Source: Squalus acanthias
Lineage: Eukaryota
Reading direction: 5' to 3'
Assembly: GCA_030390025.1 (NCBI GenBank)
Contig: CM059435.1
Coordinates: 106,020,001 to 106,084,000 of the forward strand
Length of the DNA stretch: 64,000 nucleotides
Shown: one piece after another, positions 39,261 to 52,067 of the stretch
How the letters are laid out: the number at the start of each line of letters is the position of its first letter
How positions within the stretch are numbered: position 1 is the stretch's first letter
The notes under the pieces: generated by a model
What the model was told of the DNA's origin: nothing
Databases searched by the model: none
Seen by the model: the letters and a program-made list of their open reading frames with translations, nothing else
Made by a program: the position numbers and the translations under genes

Positions 39261-42229
39261 ACTTTGACATGACCTACTTGCCATGTGATCCAAACTTAGT
39301 GCTGCTGTAGACAGTTGCTGGAAATTCAAGGACAGCAAGGGTTTGCTGTAAAAATTCTAAATGTTATGATGTACCAAAACATGTAAATTAAAACAAATTT
39401 ATAAAAAGACTGAGGGGAGGTGAAGGGGGAAACAAATGACTAAATTCAACAAATATACCTTCAATCCAAAACTATTTTCTACTTTATTTTCATAAAATTA
39501 TAAACTTTGGACACAGTCGAGAACGGTCTACATTTTTCCTGCATGCATACTGTACACTCTACTGAGTTATCTGTGGAAGTCTTATGAGCTATTTAGCAAC
39601 TAACTGAAATCAGTACAATGTGAACCTAACATTGATACTGGAGTAGAAAAGATACATTTGTCCTGAAGGTAGTTTCAAAACATTGAACACTGCAGAAACA
39701 ATGTAATATTTTACCTCAGACACTAAAAGTTTTTGAGCATTAGCCTACTAGAATTTTAATGGGAGTCTCAATAGGAAATTAAAACTGATCTGAATTGCAA
39801 CAGGCTATCATATGTTCCAACACACTCTTCCAATAAGTAGCCTTGCTACTCTTTCTAGCAAATACGATGGATAGCAAGAATCTGAGACTCTGACTGCTGT
39901 GGAATCACTCGGGATTTGAAACTTACCACATATGGTGGTCACAACGGGTTTATGTCCCCACGCTAACATTTTAACAGTAGATTTCACTGAAAACTTACTC
40001 ATCTATCTAAACACACACCTTCTGCCTTTCTATCAAAACAGCATTGGTATTTGTTACATGTTGGAAGACAATGAAGAACAATGCTCTACCTTGTATGTAG
40101 CTAGCACCAAAACAAACACAATTACATTTTGGAAGTTTCCTTTGCAATTTTCACTGACAGAACATTTGAGGTTTTTTTTTAACCATAATAATTAGTAAAT
40201 GCACCAGCTCTCCAGACACAAATTATATATTATTAATTTCCTAAGTGCAAAAATAGTTAAAGGAGAGGCCAAGCCATAATTTTAGTAAAAGTGGTTCCAG
40301 GAATCCTCAAGGGTAAATTTTACGAATTATGAATTAATAAATACAAAATCCTGTAATGCCCACTGCTGTTCGCGCCCAAATTCCTGATGTGTGCTGCTTG
40401 TGGGCAAAGATCTGCTCCAGGAGCTTGAATTCATAAATTTATCCTTTAGTCTCTGGACCTTCGCAGCTGCCCATAATACATTAACAAGAGAAATGTAATA
40501 CTAAAATGAAAACTAGCATAGTATTTTATTGCACACCTAGTGTATTTCTGAATGAATGTATAGAAATTCAAATACCTGAAACGCAATTTATTTTGACAGT
40601 GGTTCTGAACCTTTCGAAATTAGAGATTAACATTCTTGCTTTATCGGACATCATTAACTATTTTTATGTTGACGGATGATGAAATGATCACAATATTAGA
40701 CAGGTGTGCAAACATACATAGCAAGTGTATATAGTTGATTTGATTTTAAACTATGAGGGACTGAGAATATTTCAATTTAATGTTGAACAAACTCTATCTG
40801 TGCTGCTGGTCCTGGAAGTACCAAGCTCCTGGCATCAAACTTTATTATAGTTGGCAAATTAGACTAACTGCTCAGCACTTGCCAGTGGTTAGCTCTCAAA
40901 CTTAAGCCCTGAATTGCAGCAGTGACTAAAGACACTACTCTGCACAAGACTAGAGAGTATAATCCAAATATCCCAAAAATCAAATTGCCCCTTTATTCAA
41001 CTGTGTCTTATCTTTTCTAAGGGAATGTTAAATGTCAAAACAATTCCCAAGGAAATAATTATAGATTTAATTTAGGTATCAGTAATGGTACAAAGTAACT
41101 GGAAAAAGCCATTGAGGGCCACAAGTGTATTTTAATTGTTTCTCATGTAGTTAGTAGTTGATTTGAATTAAACATAAAACAACTCCAACTTTACTTTACC
41201 TTAGATGAAAATAGCCCAAAACTAAATACATTGAAGGGTGAAGCAGCAGGAGAAATAAAATGTTCTATGAAAATGTTTGTTTTCATTGGAGAAAATATTG
41301 AGAGAAGGCATGATCCAGGTATTTTCTTTCAAATAAGTAGAATAATGCAGATACAAGCGCATATCTAACTGAAAGCAGAACCAGAGGGCACATGCACAAA
41401 ATTAACAAGCCACTAACAATGCTTCAGATTAGGAACTTTCTTCTTCCACAAGGTAGTAAACATGTGCGCAATAAATCATTAGAGCCAGCAGCTTGTGCCA
41501 TGTTCAGACTTTTAACAAACAGTTGGATGAACCACCTGTTTAGATTGCGAGTTATAAAAGACAAGTACAGACAGAGATGTGTAGAACATGATGGGTCCTA
41601 ATGTCATGTTAAGGAAAGCAACCAAAGACCTATCATGTGGGATACAAGGATAAAAAGGTACTTTACTTGATTTACCTTAGAAGGGCAGGAAGAAACTTTC
41701 AGCATTTTCCCTCAGGAGATTAAATAGATAGAAGCCACAGTGAAACAAATTGTACATGTGGTGTGAAAAGAGCTGGCCCAAAACCCAATGGCTGTTTTTC
41801 TTATGAACTAGACAGGTGTCTAAATGGGTAATATGATTGTGGGTTGTATGGTGACTGCATGATTACTTTAAGTTACTGAACCTAGGCTCAAAGTTAGTTT
41901 ATAGCAATCAGACTGTTCCCAATTTCATAAAATCAAGTAATACTGTACCTTACGCAAGTCAGAGCATGGCAAAAGTACAAAAAACTTAATTTAGTTTAGC
42001 ATCTAAACCTTCATGCAAGTAAACAGGAAGTTTTCAATTTGCGCTCTCTGAATGTGGCTTGGATCAGTAGTCTTGTGCATTGCAGCTATGTCGGCAATTA
42101 TAATTTTTGGTACAATCTAGAATCGAAGACCTCTGTACTCTTCTGACCTCTGGGAGAAGTAGGAAGTACTTCTCTCAGATGCAGAAGAACAACAACAACA
42201 TGGTCAAGCCCAAGATGCAAGATTTGGTT

Positions 42230-42450
42230 TAAGAGAAAGGATAATCCTGCTGTCCTGGCTAACATTCCTCCCTCAACATCCACCACCCAAAAAAAAACAG
42301 ATTAGCTGTCCATTGCGATTTATGGGATCTTGCTGTGTGCAAAATGGCTGGTGCATTTGCTTACTTAAAAGTAAGTGCACTTCAAAGTCATTTATTGCAT
42401 GTTAAGTGCATTGAGACATAAGGCACTATATAAATGCACGATCTTTGTCT
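42230..42450 (+). mobile_element. 3' half of a DeuSINE-like element
   Basis: GGGATCTTGCTGTGTGCAAAATGGCTG...AGGCACTATATAAATGCA, similar to 49230-49430. Confidence 0.6.
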
Positions 42451-45400
42451 TTCAAAAATGTTTTCAAACTAGTAATCAAGTTCAGATGAAACCTTTGAGT
42501 TGTACTCGACTCAAAAGGGACGCTGGTTTTTGCAGGTTACTTTCAACAAACAAGCTTTCTCTGATCTGTTCCAGCAGGACAATGAAATTGCAGCCCCTAT
42601 CTGCTCTACTGCAATAAAGTTCACTTTTTCTAGGTTATCATTGACTGACTACAGAATACAATAAATCTACCTCTAAATTGAAGCAAGGATTACAAGCAAA
42701 GTTTACCAGTTTAATTTATTTAGAACAATCAAGAAAATGGTCAGTACCATGTAAATTTTATTCAATCACACAGAAGTCCTTTGTTCTCTGTTTAGACTTC
42801 GGTTGAAGTACTTCCTGTGAATTGTGTGATCAACATGTAAGTCGTCCCAGAATTAACTAAGCTTTGCTCTTAGAATGGTAGTCTGCTAATCCAAAACAAT
42901 AGGCACACATTTGGTGCAATTTTAAAAGTTGTATACCTAACCTTTTATTGTACTGAAACTCTTGCCATGGAGCGATGTTTTTTTTTTAAATTTGTGTTCT
43001 CGATGTGGGCAAAGCTGGCAAGGCTGCATTTAGTGCCCATCCCCAGCTTCCATTAGAAGGTGGTGATGGGCCTTCTCCTTGAACTGCTGCATTTCTTGAG
43101 GTGATGGTGCTACCACAATGGTGTTAGGTAGGGATCGTTACTTTAATTTTCCCCGCAAGTATAAAATGAGACGGAGTAATACAAGGTGAAGCCAAGCAGC
43201 GAATGGCCCAATGCATGAAGGCTTCAAGTTCATAATTTTTATAAAATAAGGCAAGGGCAATAATACGCTACCAACAAATTAACCCAATACAACATCCCAA
43301 TTTAAGATTCTAAAAACAGATGTCACATTTTCTATGCTGATTCTGCTAATCTTGGATCTGTGCAGAATACTAAACATTCTGAATTTCACTAAACTTCCAA
43401 ACTCCACCAAAAATTGGAAATGGTCAAGGCCCACCTCAAACTCACCTGAACTAACTCAGTGTTGGCCACTAAACTGACACATGGACTTTGCTCCTGAATC
43501 CAGTGTTCCTAGCAAAATAGCCAACATGTCCCCCAAGGGCTTCTGCCATGCCACCAACTGGCACAATAGCTTTCCTCCTTACTTACATTGGTTGCTGCAC
43601 TGAAACTGGCTAAATAACTCTATAATGTTAAAAATAAATTGAAAATACACTGTCACTGCATATGGCACTTACACATTGGCAGTATAACTTTTCCACTTCT
43701 TTTTAAAAAAAAGAATTCTTCAGCTGGTCACCACAATGCAGCTAATCTAAGTTAAGAGAAAAAATTGCTGTATGAAGCAGCATACCAGTTTGTGGGATGG
43801 CAGATGGGAGCTGGACCACATTTTGCCTCAGAGGCCTGCGATAGTACAAGCAAAGAGATTTTACAACCCGGCAGGAACACAGACATAAGCCCAACGTCTT
43901 TTTTAATACTGAATACGCCATTACTGAAAGACTATCTTTACTTAATGCGACACGAGCTTAGTTTGATGTCTACTGTCAGAATCAGCATCTGCATGAAGGA
44001 CTAAAAATGGAGGACACCATCAGCAATTCCAATTCAACTTTTTAGGTGAGTATACCAACAGTTTGACAACACGTTTAGCCAACTGCAGTGCAGAAATACA
44101 TTTCCCATAATTTAATGTACAATAATATGTATATGTCACTACATCTGCAACATCATATGAATTCTGATTCAAACCTTTCCAAGGAGAGGTGAAGTTGGTT
44201 AATTCAGACTCTAGTGACTCCAAGTCAACCACTTGCCATGAAAGTACGTCTTAAGAAGTCATGAAAGACTGGTACGCCTGTGGGTTGGTCTACAATATTT
44301 GAGCAAGAATAAGGATGAAGATGCCATTCTTCACTTTAAAAAAAGAAGAAAGTGTCACAGTGAAAAAAACAAAATAGTTATCTTACCAGTTATTATCTTC
44401 AAAAGAATTATTACTACGGAGGCAATCAAACCTTTTGATACATTAAAAATCAAGCATATCAAACATTAAGTCATTAACAAACTTTTGTCTTGCCCAGTAT
44501 TACACTCTTTAATGTAAAATCAAAGTCATTGAGAACGTGCCCCATTCTTCAATGCTATTAAACAATGAAACAAGAATAAATGGGATTCGGTCTAGCCTTT
44601 TCGCATCCTCTTAAAAAAAATCCGAATCATTATCTCAATGATTCTAATAAAGCGCTTAGGAAGCTTGAAGAATCAAGGAATTTTCACTCTCTGGTCATTC
44701 ATTAAAGGCTAAATGATTTTTTTTCCCCCTGATGGTGAGATCCCAGAATACTCTGTTGGTTAACTTGTCTAACATTTTACTGTAAAGCTCCCATTAACCC
44801 GTAGGCTTTATTACTTAGCGCATCAGGAATATGTTTTAGGAAAAAACACACTTAAGCCAATATGTTTTAATTTTGTGCAATATTCTTAATTAATCAAGCA
44901 CTTCAAATTGGTCCTCGCACTGCCACCACCAGTAATGGACCTGTACTAAACTCAAGGGTGGAGCAGATCCAAGCACTGGATGGCCTATCTCAAAGTGTTC
45001 CCTCCAGACGCAACCCAAGCTTGAAAGGACAGAATCTAAGTGTAGTGCTGGGTGTTTTTCAAATCACGTGCACAAAATCCAAAATGTTCACAAACCCATA
45101 TGCTGCTTTACTGAAATCCTAGTGACAACCACAATTCAATTAAGCGGCATTTCTTCGGCCAATACAATTAGCCATTAGCAACAGTACACTACTTTTGAGC
45201 AACCTCTTTCATTTTCTGGAGGGAAAAAAAAACAAGACTAAGAATATTAAAGCACTATTAAGAAAAACATTTGACAGCATCAGAAACCTTAAGTCATGCA
45301 AATGCAATTATTTTTATAATAGTGTCCCTAACAAAACCGTATCGGCTATATGAAGTACTGGTAAGCAGGCATTCTCGCACAACTGAAAGACAGTTGCAAA

Positions 45401-46782
45401 ACTCCTTCAAGCACAAAAAATGACCAGCACTATAGTACTACAATCTCAAATGTAAGAATGCCCACTTACTATACCAACATTATAGACTTTTGACTATATA
45501 AAATATATACATACATACAACTCTGAAAACGGTTTCGGGTTAATAAAATATCTCCTCACCTAGCACGACCAAAATGCCTGAGCATAAAGCCATCAAACAG
45601 AAAAGCCGCAAGTTCTATTTGTTTAGCGTAGTTAGCAACACAGGTTCGTATGATTTGAAACCTACATCTTGTACCAGCAGTGTTACTGATGTTGAAAGTA
45701 CTACAATTTATAAAGCAAATTACCATACACTACCTTGCCCATAACTACTGCCTTGATCACATTAATATCGATTTTCAATTAAGATCTGTACCTGTTCACA
45801 TATCCAATTACTCTGAAAAGCTACACGGTCATATCTGAATTTTGTTTTAAGTTGTTTATAGTTTACATAAAAGATGAATTTATTCTTTCTTTCTTTAAAC
45901 CAATAATTTGCGCCATACTGGAAGTACTATAATGTAGTTCAACATGGATTGACATTCCATGTCAAGTCAATCCATATCCCTCAAATAATTTTCAACAATG
46001 TATACTAATTTTAAAGTAAATCTCTGCCTAAATACAAAATTATGCATGCATAGATGAATAGTTTTTGCATAATACTGAAATTTGATAGCTTTATAAATTG
46101 AAAATCTAAAAGTGATAAAGTCTTACACTTTAAAATTCCATACAAAATTACAAATAGTAAAAACTATTGGCAGCAAAATATTATTTGGAATAATAAAATT
46201 GATTACAGAGTCCCAGATGTTCAGCTCTTTCCATCATAAGTAGTTTAGCAGTAAAGGGTTTGTGACGTGCGATTGTAAGTATTAGTAGCCACTGAAACAA
46301 AACCCAAATCGCCAGCTACATTTTGTAGAATATGTCACTTGCCCTTGGCTGTGTAACACAATTCGGAGATGATCGCCATGTCCCACATTGTGTATGGACC
46401 TGAGGAACTTTCTACAACAATGCAGTGAGCGTGGAACAAAACTATGTTTGAAACAAAATATGAATCCAACTTCCACGAGCAACTTACAATAAACAAGTTG
46501 CATCCAAAAAAAAAATAAACATTACATCTTACTGTTTGGGGGAAAAAAATGCATGCACTGAACCAGAAACAGACATAATCACGGGGAATGAAGAATTTCT
46601 GAAATTGCAGCACAGAGCCAATGGGAAATTGTAGTTAGAACTGCGGAAACGCCAGCCACACAGCACGGCTCTCGTGGTGGTGTAAAATGTATACCGAAGA
46701 TGAAGATGATCTAAAGTGTGAGGAGGGCGAAAGTCGGTGCAGGCCCGGTGCGTGAGGTGTGTGTGCGGGGTCGGGATCTTAC

Positions 46783-46900
46783 TCTGCTCCCTGGCTCCTC
46801 ACTGCTGAGTTTGGGCCTGTTCGTTTTTTTTTAACGTTACTCGATTAGAGCAGAGGGGGAGAGAGAGAGAGGGGGAAGAGAGGGAGGGAGAGACTCAGTC
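46783..46900 (-). other. Candidate alternative first exon (5' end uncertain)
   Basis: AGA/gtaaga donor (GT at 46782-46781) inside the CpG island, downstream of a CT-rich tract. Confidence 0.3.
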
Positions 46901-47080
46901 AGAGCCCAGACAAAAAAAAAACAGCACAGCAGCCGCCCAACATCCACACACCGTCGCCCCGCACTCCCCGCCGCCGCGCCCGCCGACATCTTTCATCGAA
47001 AAAGTTGTCGCCGACGCTCAAAAGGACGGAGCTCGGGGCGCTCCGAGCGAGAAACAGAGAAAGAAAACGTTAAAACTTAC

Positions 47081-47160
47081 CGCATGAATTATCTCCTAAA
47101 ATAACTCCAAGATGGCTGTGTATTGCACCGGGGATGCTGGGTGCTGCCCTTTACCCTATG
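47081..47160 (-). other. Candidate first exon ending ...GATAATTCATGCG (5' end uncertain)
   Basis: Strong GCG/gtaagt donor (GT at 47080-47079), ATG 5 nt before the donor, inside the CpG island. Confidence 0.6.
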
Positions 47161-47588
47161 ACCTTTGGCCTCCCTCCTTTGGAAACCGGCACCGAGCGAG
47201 AAACCACAACAACAGGGGGAAAAAAATAACCCTCGACGCTCAGAAGCCGGCTGGCAGCGAGGAGGACGTTTTGTTTGGTTTCTAAATTATCATTTTTTTT
47301 TTGGGGGGGTGGAAACGTTCGTTTTTATGCGGCTTTCTCTCCTCTCAGGGCTTTGACAACACAGCCCAATACCGGTACACTGCACTTGTTTAGAAGAGAG
47401 GATGTGTGGCCTGTAACTGATAAATCAACCGTGTGTATAATTATTATATCTATCTCTGCCTCAAACTCTTTCCCCCAATCCGAATTATACGTGATTACCA
47501 CAGAGCTTTTAACTGGTATGAAAATCTGTTTCCATCTATTGTTTATTTTTGATGAAATTGATTGTCTTTCGTTGCTTGGGTATATAAT

Positions 47589-48029
47589 AGAAAGAAAGAC
47601 TTGCATTTATATAGCGCCTTTCACAACCACCGGACGTCTCAAAGCGCTTTACAGCCAATAATAGTACTTTTCAAGTGGAGTCACTGTTATAATGTGGGAA
47701 AGGCGGCAGCTGATTTGCACACAGCAAGGTTCCACAAACAGCAATGTGATAATGACCAGATAATCTGTTTTTGTTATGTTGAGGGATAAATATTGGGATA
47801 ACTCCCCTGCTCTTCTTCGAAATAGTGATATGGGATCTTTTATGTCTACTTGAGAGAGTAGACGGGGCTTCGGTTTAACATCTCATCCAAAAGACGGCAC
47901 CTCTGACAGTGCAGCACTACACTGGAGTGTCAGCCTAGCATTATGTGCTCAAGTCCCTGGGGTGGTACTTGAACCCACAACCTTCTGACTCAGAGGTAAG
48001 TGTGCTACCAACTGAGCCACAGCTGACAC
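47589..48029 (-). mobile_element. DeuSINE (SacSINE1-like), near full length
   Basis: tRNA head GTCAGCTGTGGCTCAGTTGGTAGC / GGTTCAAGT, Deu-type core, and L2-like tail GGCGCTATATAAATGCAAGTCTTTCTTT. Confidence 0.85.
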
Positions 48030-48988
48030 TTGATACTGAAAATTCCAAAATAATATACATTTTATCTTTGAAGAAATGATTTGCTATTTGTCGCACAGTA
48101 AAATTTATTAGTTGGATCTATCAGGTTTATATTGGTGTACATTGGTGTTAGTCTTTAAAATGTATTGATGCTGGTGTGATAATTTATCTTAATGTCTAAC
48201 TAATTCTATTTTGCTTCTTGATGTAATAAATATTATATAACAGATAGCTACAGCTAGGTACAAATCGGTAATGGAGGAATTGTGATGATGTCATAAATTG
48301 TCAGAATTGTTTTCAACATAATCAGAATCCAAAGAATCGATTACTGCACTGCCAGTTATGTTTTTTACTCTTTAAAATATCTGAAATGTATCTTTATCTA
48401 TTGCTATTTAATTTGGTGACAGTTACCTACCATTTTTTGGCAGCATTGTTCTTTCGTAATTTTAAAATATATTTTGAAAATTACATGGTTGTCAAGATAA
48501 TACAGTGATTTCAGCTGTGAAGATGCACATCATAATGTGACTGATACTGTAACAATAAACTGCATTTACGCAAATACCCTATTCAAATAAATGAATAATT
48601 TGGATAAGCTTCATTCAATAATATTCATTGAACGCAGAAACTGTTATTTCGTACAATTAAAGAATTTCATATGCACATCTTTGGGTAAACCATCAATAAA
48701 TGATTTTCAGATAAGCAGCTTTTGACTGCAATACCATTTCTTATGAGATCCAAATAATAGTAATTGTAGGTACTGGTAGATATATATACAATTATAGATG
48801 GAGGCAATGATTACAAAACTGTAATTGAATCTTGAGTTTCAGATAACGGCATAAACAAGAACAGAGGTTCAGTAGCTTAGGAACACTATCAACTCCAAAA
48901 TCTGAATACAAAACAATATGATTACAACTTTCAAATCTGGTTCCTTCTATCTGTTAATATTGTGATGTGCATTGTAAATTTGCACTTG

Positions 48989-49436
48989 GTCAGCCAGTGG
49001 CTCAGTTGGTAGCACCCTCGTCTCTGAGTGTAGAAGGTTGTGGGTTCAAGTCCCACGCTAAAGACTTGAGCACAAAAATCTAGGCTGATACTCCAGCGCA
49101 TACTGAGGGAGTGCTGCACTGTCGGAGGTGCCATCTTTCAGATGAGACGTTAATCCGAGGCCCCGTCTGCTCGCTCAGGCGAACGTAAAAGATCCCATTA
49201 CACTATTTCGAAGAAGAGCAGGGGAGTTATCCCTGGTGTCCTCAACCAACATAACAAAAACAGATTATCTGGTCATTATCACATTGCTGTTTGTGGGAGC
49301 TTGCAGTGTGCAAATTGGCTGCCGCATTTCCTACATTACAACAGTGACAGCACTCCAAAAGTACTTAACTGGCTGTAAAGCTTTGGGATTTCCGGTGGTC
49401 GTGAAAGGCGCTAGATAAATGCAAGTCTTTCTTTTT
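48989..49436 (+). mobile_element. DeuSINE (SacSINE1-like), near full length
   Basis: A box TGGCTCAGTTGG, B box GGTTCAAGTCC, same core and tail as 47589-48029. Confidence 0.88.
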
Positions 49437-49447
49437 GTAACTTTACA

Positions 49448-50076
49448 CTGGCTTTTTAAATAGAGGTATTGAATACAAAAACAAGGAAGTTATGCTAAAT
49501 GTTTAGAAATCATTGGTTAGGCTTCAGCTGGAGTATCGTGTACAATTTTGGGCACCACTCTTTAGGAATCACGTCAAGGCGTCGGAGCGGCTACAAAGGA
49601 GGTTTACCAGGATGATACCAGGGATGAGGGACTTCAGTTATGTGGAGAGATTGCAGAAACTGGGATTGTTCTCCTTAGACCAGATAAGATTAAGGGAAGA
49701 CCTAATAGAGGTATTCAAAATTATGAGAGGTGTTGACAGAGCAAGTAGGGAGAAACTGTTTAGTCTGGCAAATGGGTCAGTAACCAGAGGTCATAGATAT
49801 AAAATAATTGGCAAAAGAGCTAGAGGGGAAATGAGGAGAAACTTTTTCACACAGAGTGTTGTTGAGATCTGGAACACACTACCTGAATGGTTGGTTGAAA
49901 CAGATTCCATAGGAACTTTAAAAAGGCAATTGGACATGTACTTGAAGAGGGCAAATTTTCAGGGTTATGGGGTCAAAGTTGGGATAAGGGACTAAATTGG
50001 ACATCTTTTTCAAAGAGCCGGCATAGACACGGTGGCCCGAATGGCCGCCTCCTGTGCTGTAAGATTCTGTGGTTCT
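49448..50076 (+). mobile_element. CR1-clade LINE 3' end
   Basis: ORF 49513-49995 VRLQLEYRVQFWAP...LGLFSL...RNFFTQSVVEIWNTLPE, followed by a CR1 tail. Confidence 0.92.
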
Positions 50077-50380
50077 AAATCATGCTTTATTTTCCATTTT
50101 TTCCCTAATTTTTGTTGCACTCATCAAGGTGAGGGATGTTGACATTGAGAAGTGGAACGTTTTCCTATTTTGGGTGTTTAGTGTAAGCGTCAAGTACTCC
50201 CAAATTAGCTATAACAATAATTTGTGTTCACAGTAGAGATCCTGCTATCTAGCTTCTCAAAAGAAAAATATAGGAACAGACCTAAATGCTTAACTATACT
50301 TTTGTTAGTAACTTTTATATGCACGGTGTTTCTTTTCTTGTATTTCTTACCACTGGAGGAGCTGTGCTAGCCTCAACTAT

Positions 50381-51128
50381 GGGCCAAATAGTGTTGTAGC
50401 AGGGCATCTAACAGCGACTGCCATTAGTTGGACTTGCCCTTGCACATGTAGGTTTAAAAAAAAATTTTTATGCCAAGTTGCCAAAAGTGCAAGCTGATAA
50501 CGTTGCAGCAAGGGAAACCGGGCAACCAACTGTGTATCTCCTTAACCAATCAGATTGAAGAATTGTGAAATTAACAGCGCAAGGACTGAGAAGGAATTGC
50601 AAATTAGAGTGGGTGAATTCAATGTCAAATCAGGTACAGAAAGAGAAATAAAGAGAGGGAAAGAAAGATTGGATTAAGAGAGAGAGAAAAAAGACAGGAA
50701 AAGTAAAAAAAAACTTATTTTAAAATTTTACATTTTAAAAATCTCCAGCAACAATTTATAACTGAAGGAATGAGACTCCACACTTGTAATAGTTCATCTT
50801 CAGTGCCATTGAGGTTGATAGGCAGTAATGAACAATTATCACGTCATTAAAAGGGTACTTACGCTTGTAATCACAACACTTAACTTTCTGTGGCGAGTTT
50901 AGTTCATATCTATCGCGCAAATACAGCAACTTCACAGCATTTAATGCATTTCAATGATGAGGCAGACAGTAAAATGCTGTTTTCACAAAGCTAACAGCGG
51001 ACAGCAACTTTTGGATATCCGAGTTTAACCTCACATCTGCCCCTCGCTTGAAGTTGCTGTGCCATTTGCACATAAATAATGGCGAGCACCATTAGCCTCA
51101 CCATTATCTTGACAGCAAAATCTGGCCC
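50381..51128 (+). mobile_element. Harbinger-like ~750-bp family, copy 4
   Basis: Ends GGGCCAAAT / AAAATCTGGCCC, TSD TAT, shared GAATGAGACTCCACACTTGTAA and CCAATCAGATTGAAGAA. Confidence 0.8.
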
Positions 51129-51452
51129 TATCTCTCTGCGATTCGAGCTCCTTAAATATCCCTGAAAACAGTTACCAGGACTTCCGGGATTAGAATAATT
51201 GCCAATCACATTCAAAATGACTGACTGTCATGTACAGAATTGAACAAATCACACAGTCTGTGTTTGTTCGAAAGTAGCTTTGCATTTCCCTCTAGCATTA
51301 CAGACAGCCGCTGAAACTTGCAACATTTGTATCAAGTTAAGCTTGGGAGAGGATTCTGATTATTGCTGGTTCCTTTTATTAAACTCCTTATAACTAGAGA
51401 CTGAATTAAAGGAACCTATACAAAGCTTAAACAAAAGAATTGCTTCATTCTT

Positions 51453-51911
51453 GTGGGTACGGTAGTATAGTGGTAATGTTACTGGACTCGTAATCCAGAG
51501 GCCTGGACTAATGATCCAGAGATGTGAGTTCAAATTCCACCACGGCAGCAGGGGAATTTAAATTCAGTTAATTAAATAAATGTGGAATAAAAAGCTAGTG
51601 TCAATAATGGTGACCATGAAACTACTGGTTCACTAATGTCCTTTAGGGAAGGAAATCTGCCATCCTTACTTGGTCTGGCCTATATGTGACTCCAGACCAA
51701 TGTGGTTGACTCTTAACTGCCCTCTGTGGCCTAGCAAGCCAGTTGTACCAAACCGCTACAAAGAAGTATAACAGCACTGTGGAAATACCTTCACCACATG
51801 GAGCAGTTCAGGAAGGTGGCTCACCACCACCTCCTCAAGGGCAATTAGGGATGGGCAATAAATGCTAGCCTTGCCAGCGCACCCACATCCCGTAAACGAA
51901 TTTAAAAAAAA
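51453..51911 (+). mobile_element. tRNA-derived SINE with LINE-derived tail
   Basis: Pol III boxes (TAGTATAGTGG; GAGTTCAAATTC) and tail GCTCACCACCACCTCCTCAAGGGCAATTAGGGATGGGCAATAAATGC. Tail fragments also occur at ~43000, ~52555 and ~55125. Confidence 0.8.
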
Positions 51912-52067
51912 GTAATTGCTGCATGTTTTCAAAGAAAGAATCTGCAGCGAACTACAAGTAGATTGTACCTCAATAACCTTGCAGTGTTACAAGATTCATT
52001 GAGAATTTCCAATGAAGTCATAAACAACAAAAGCTGAGCAGTTTACAGTTGAGACTTAATGCAAGTA

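Larger units (their letters stand above)
46640..47400 (-). promoter_or_regulatory. CpG island / promoter of a minus-strand gene (possibly bidirectional)
   Basis: The only extended non-TE CpG-dense segment. Contains GC boxes (CCGCCC), a GA tract at 46851-46893, a YY1 core CAAGATGGC at 47108-47116, and two minus-strand splice donors. Confidence 0.8.

Noticed and set aside
43446-43620. Exon ending at a perfect CAG/gtgagt donor (similar lone donors at ~8272, ~11545, ~19010, ~45560)
   Set aside because: No convincing paired acceptor or coding signal; such sites are expected by chance in long introns.
45943-45974. 10-bp perfect inverted repeat ATGGATTGAC…GTCAATCCAT (other small IRs at ~13288, ~40311-40446, ~60440-60540)
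   Set aside because: Too short or too degenerate to assign; probably chance or very old MITE debris.
46899-46990. Minus-strand ORF MSAGAAAGVRG… in the CpG island
   Set aside because: Stops after 29 codons with no donor before the stop.
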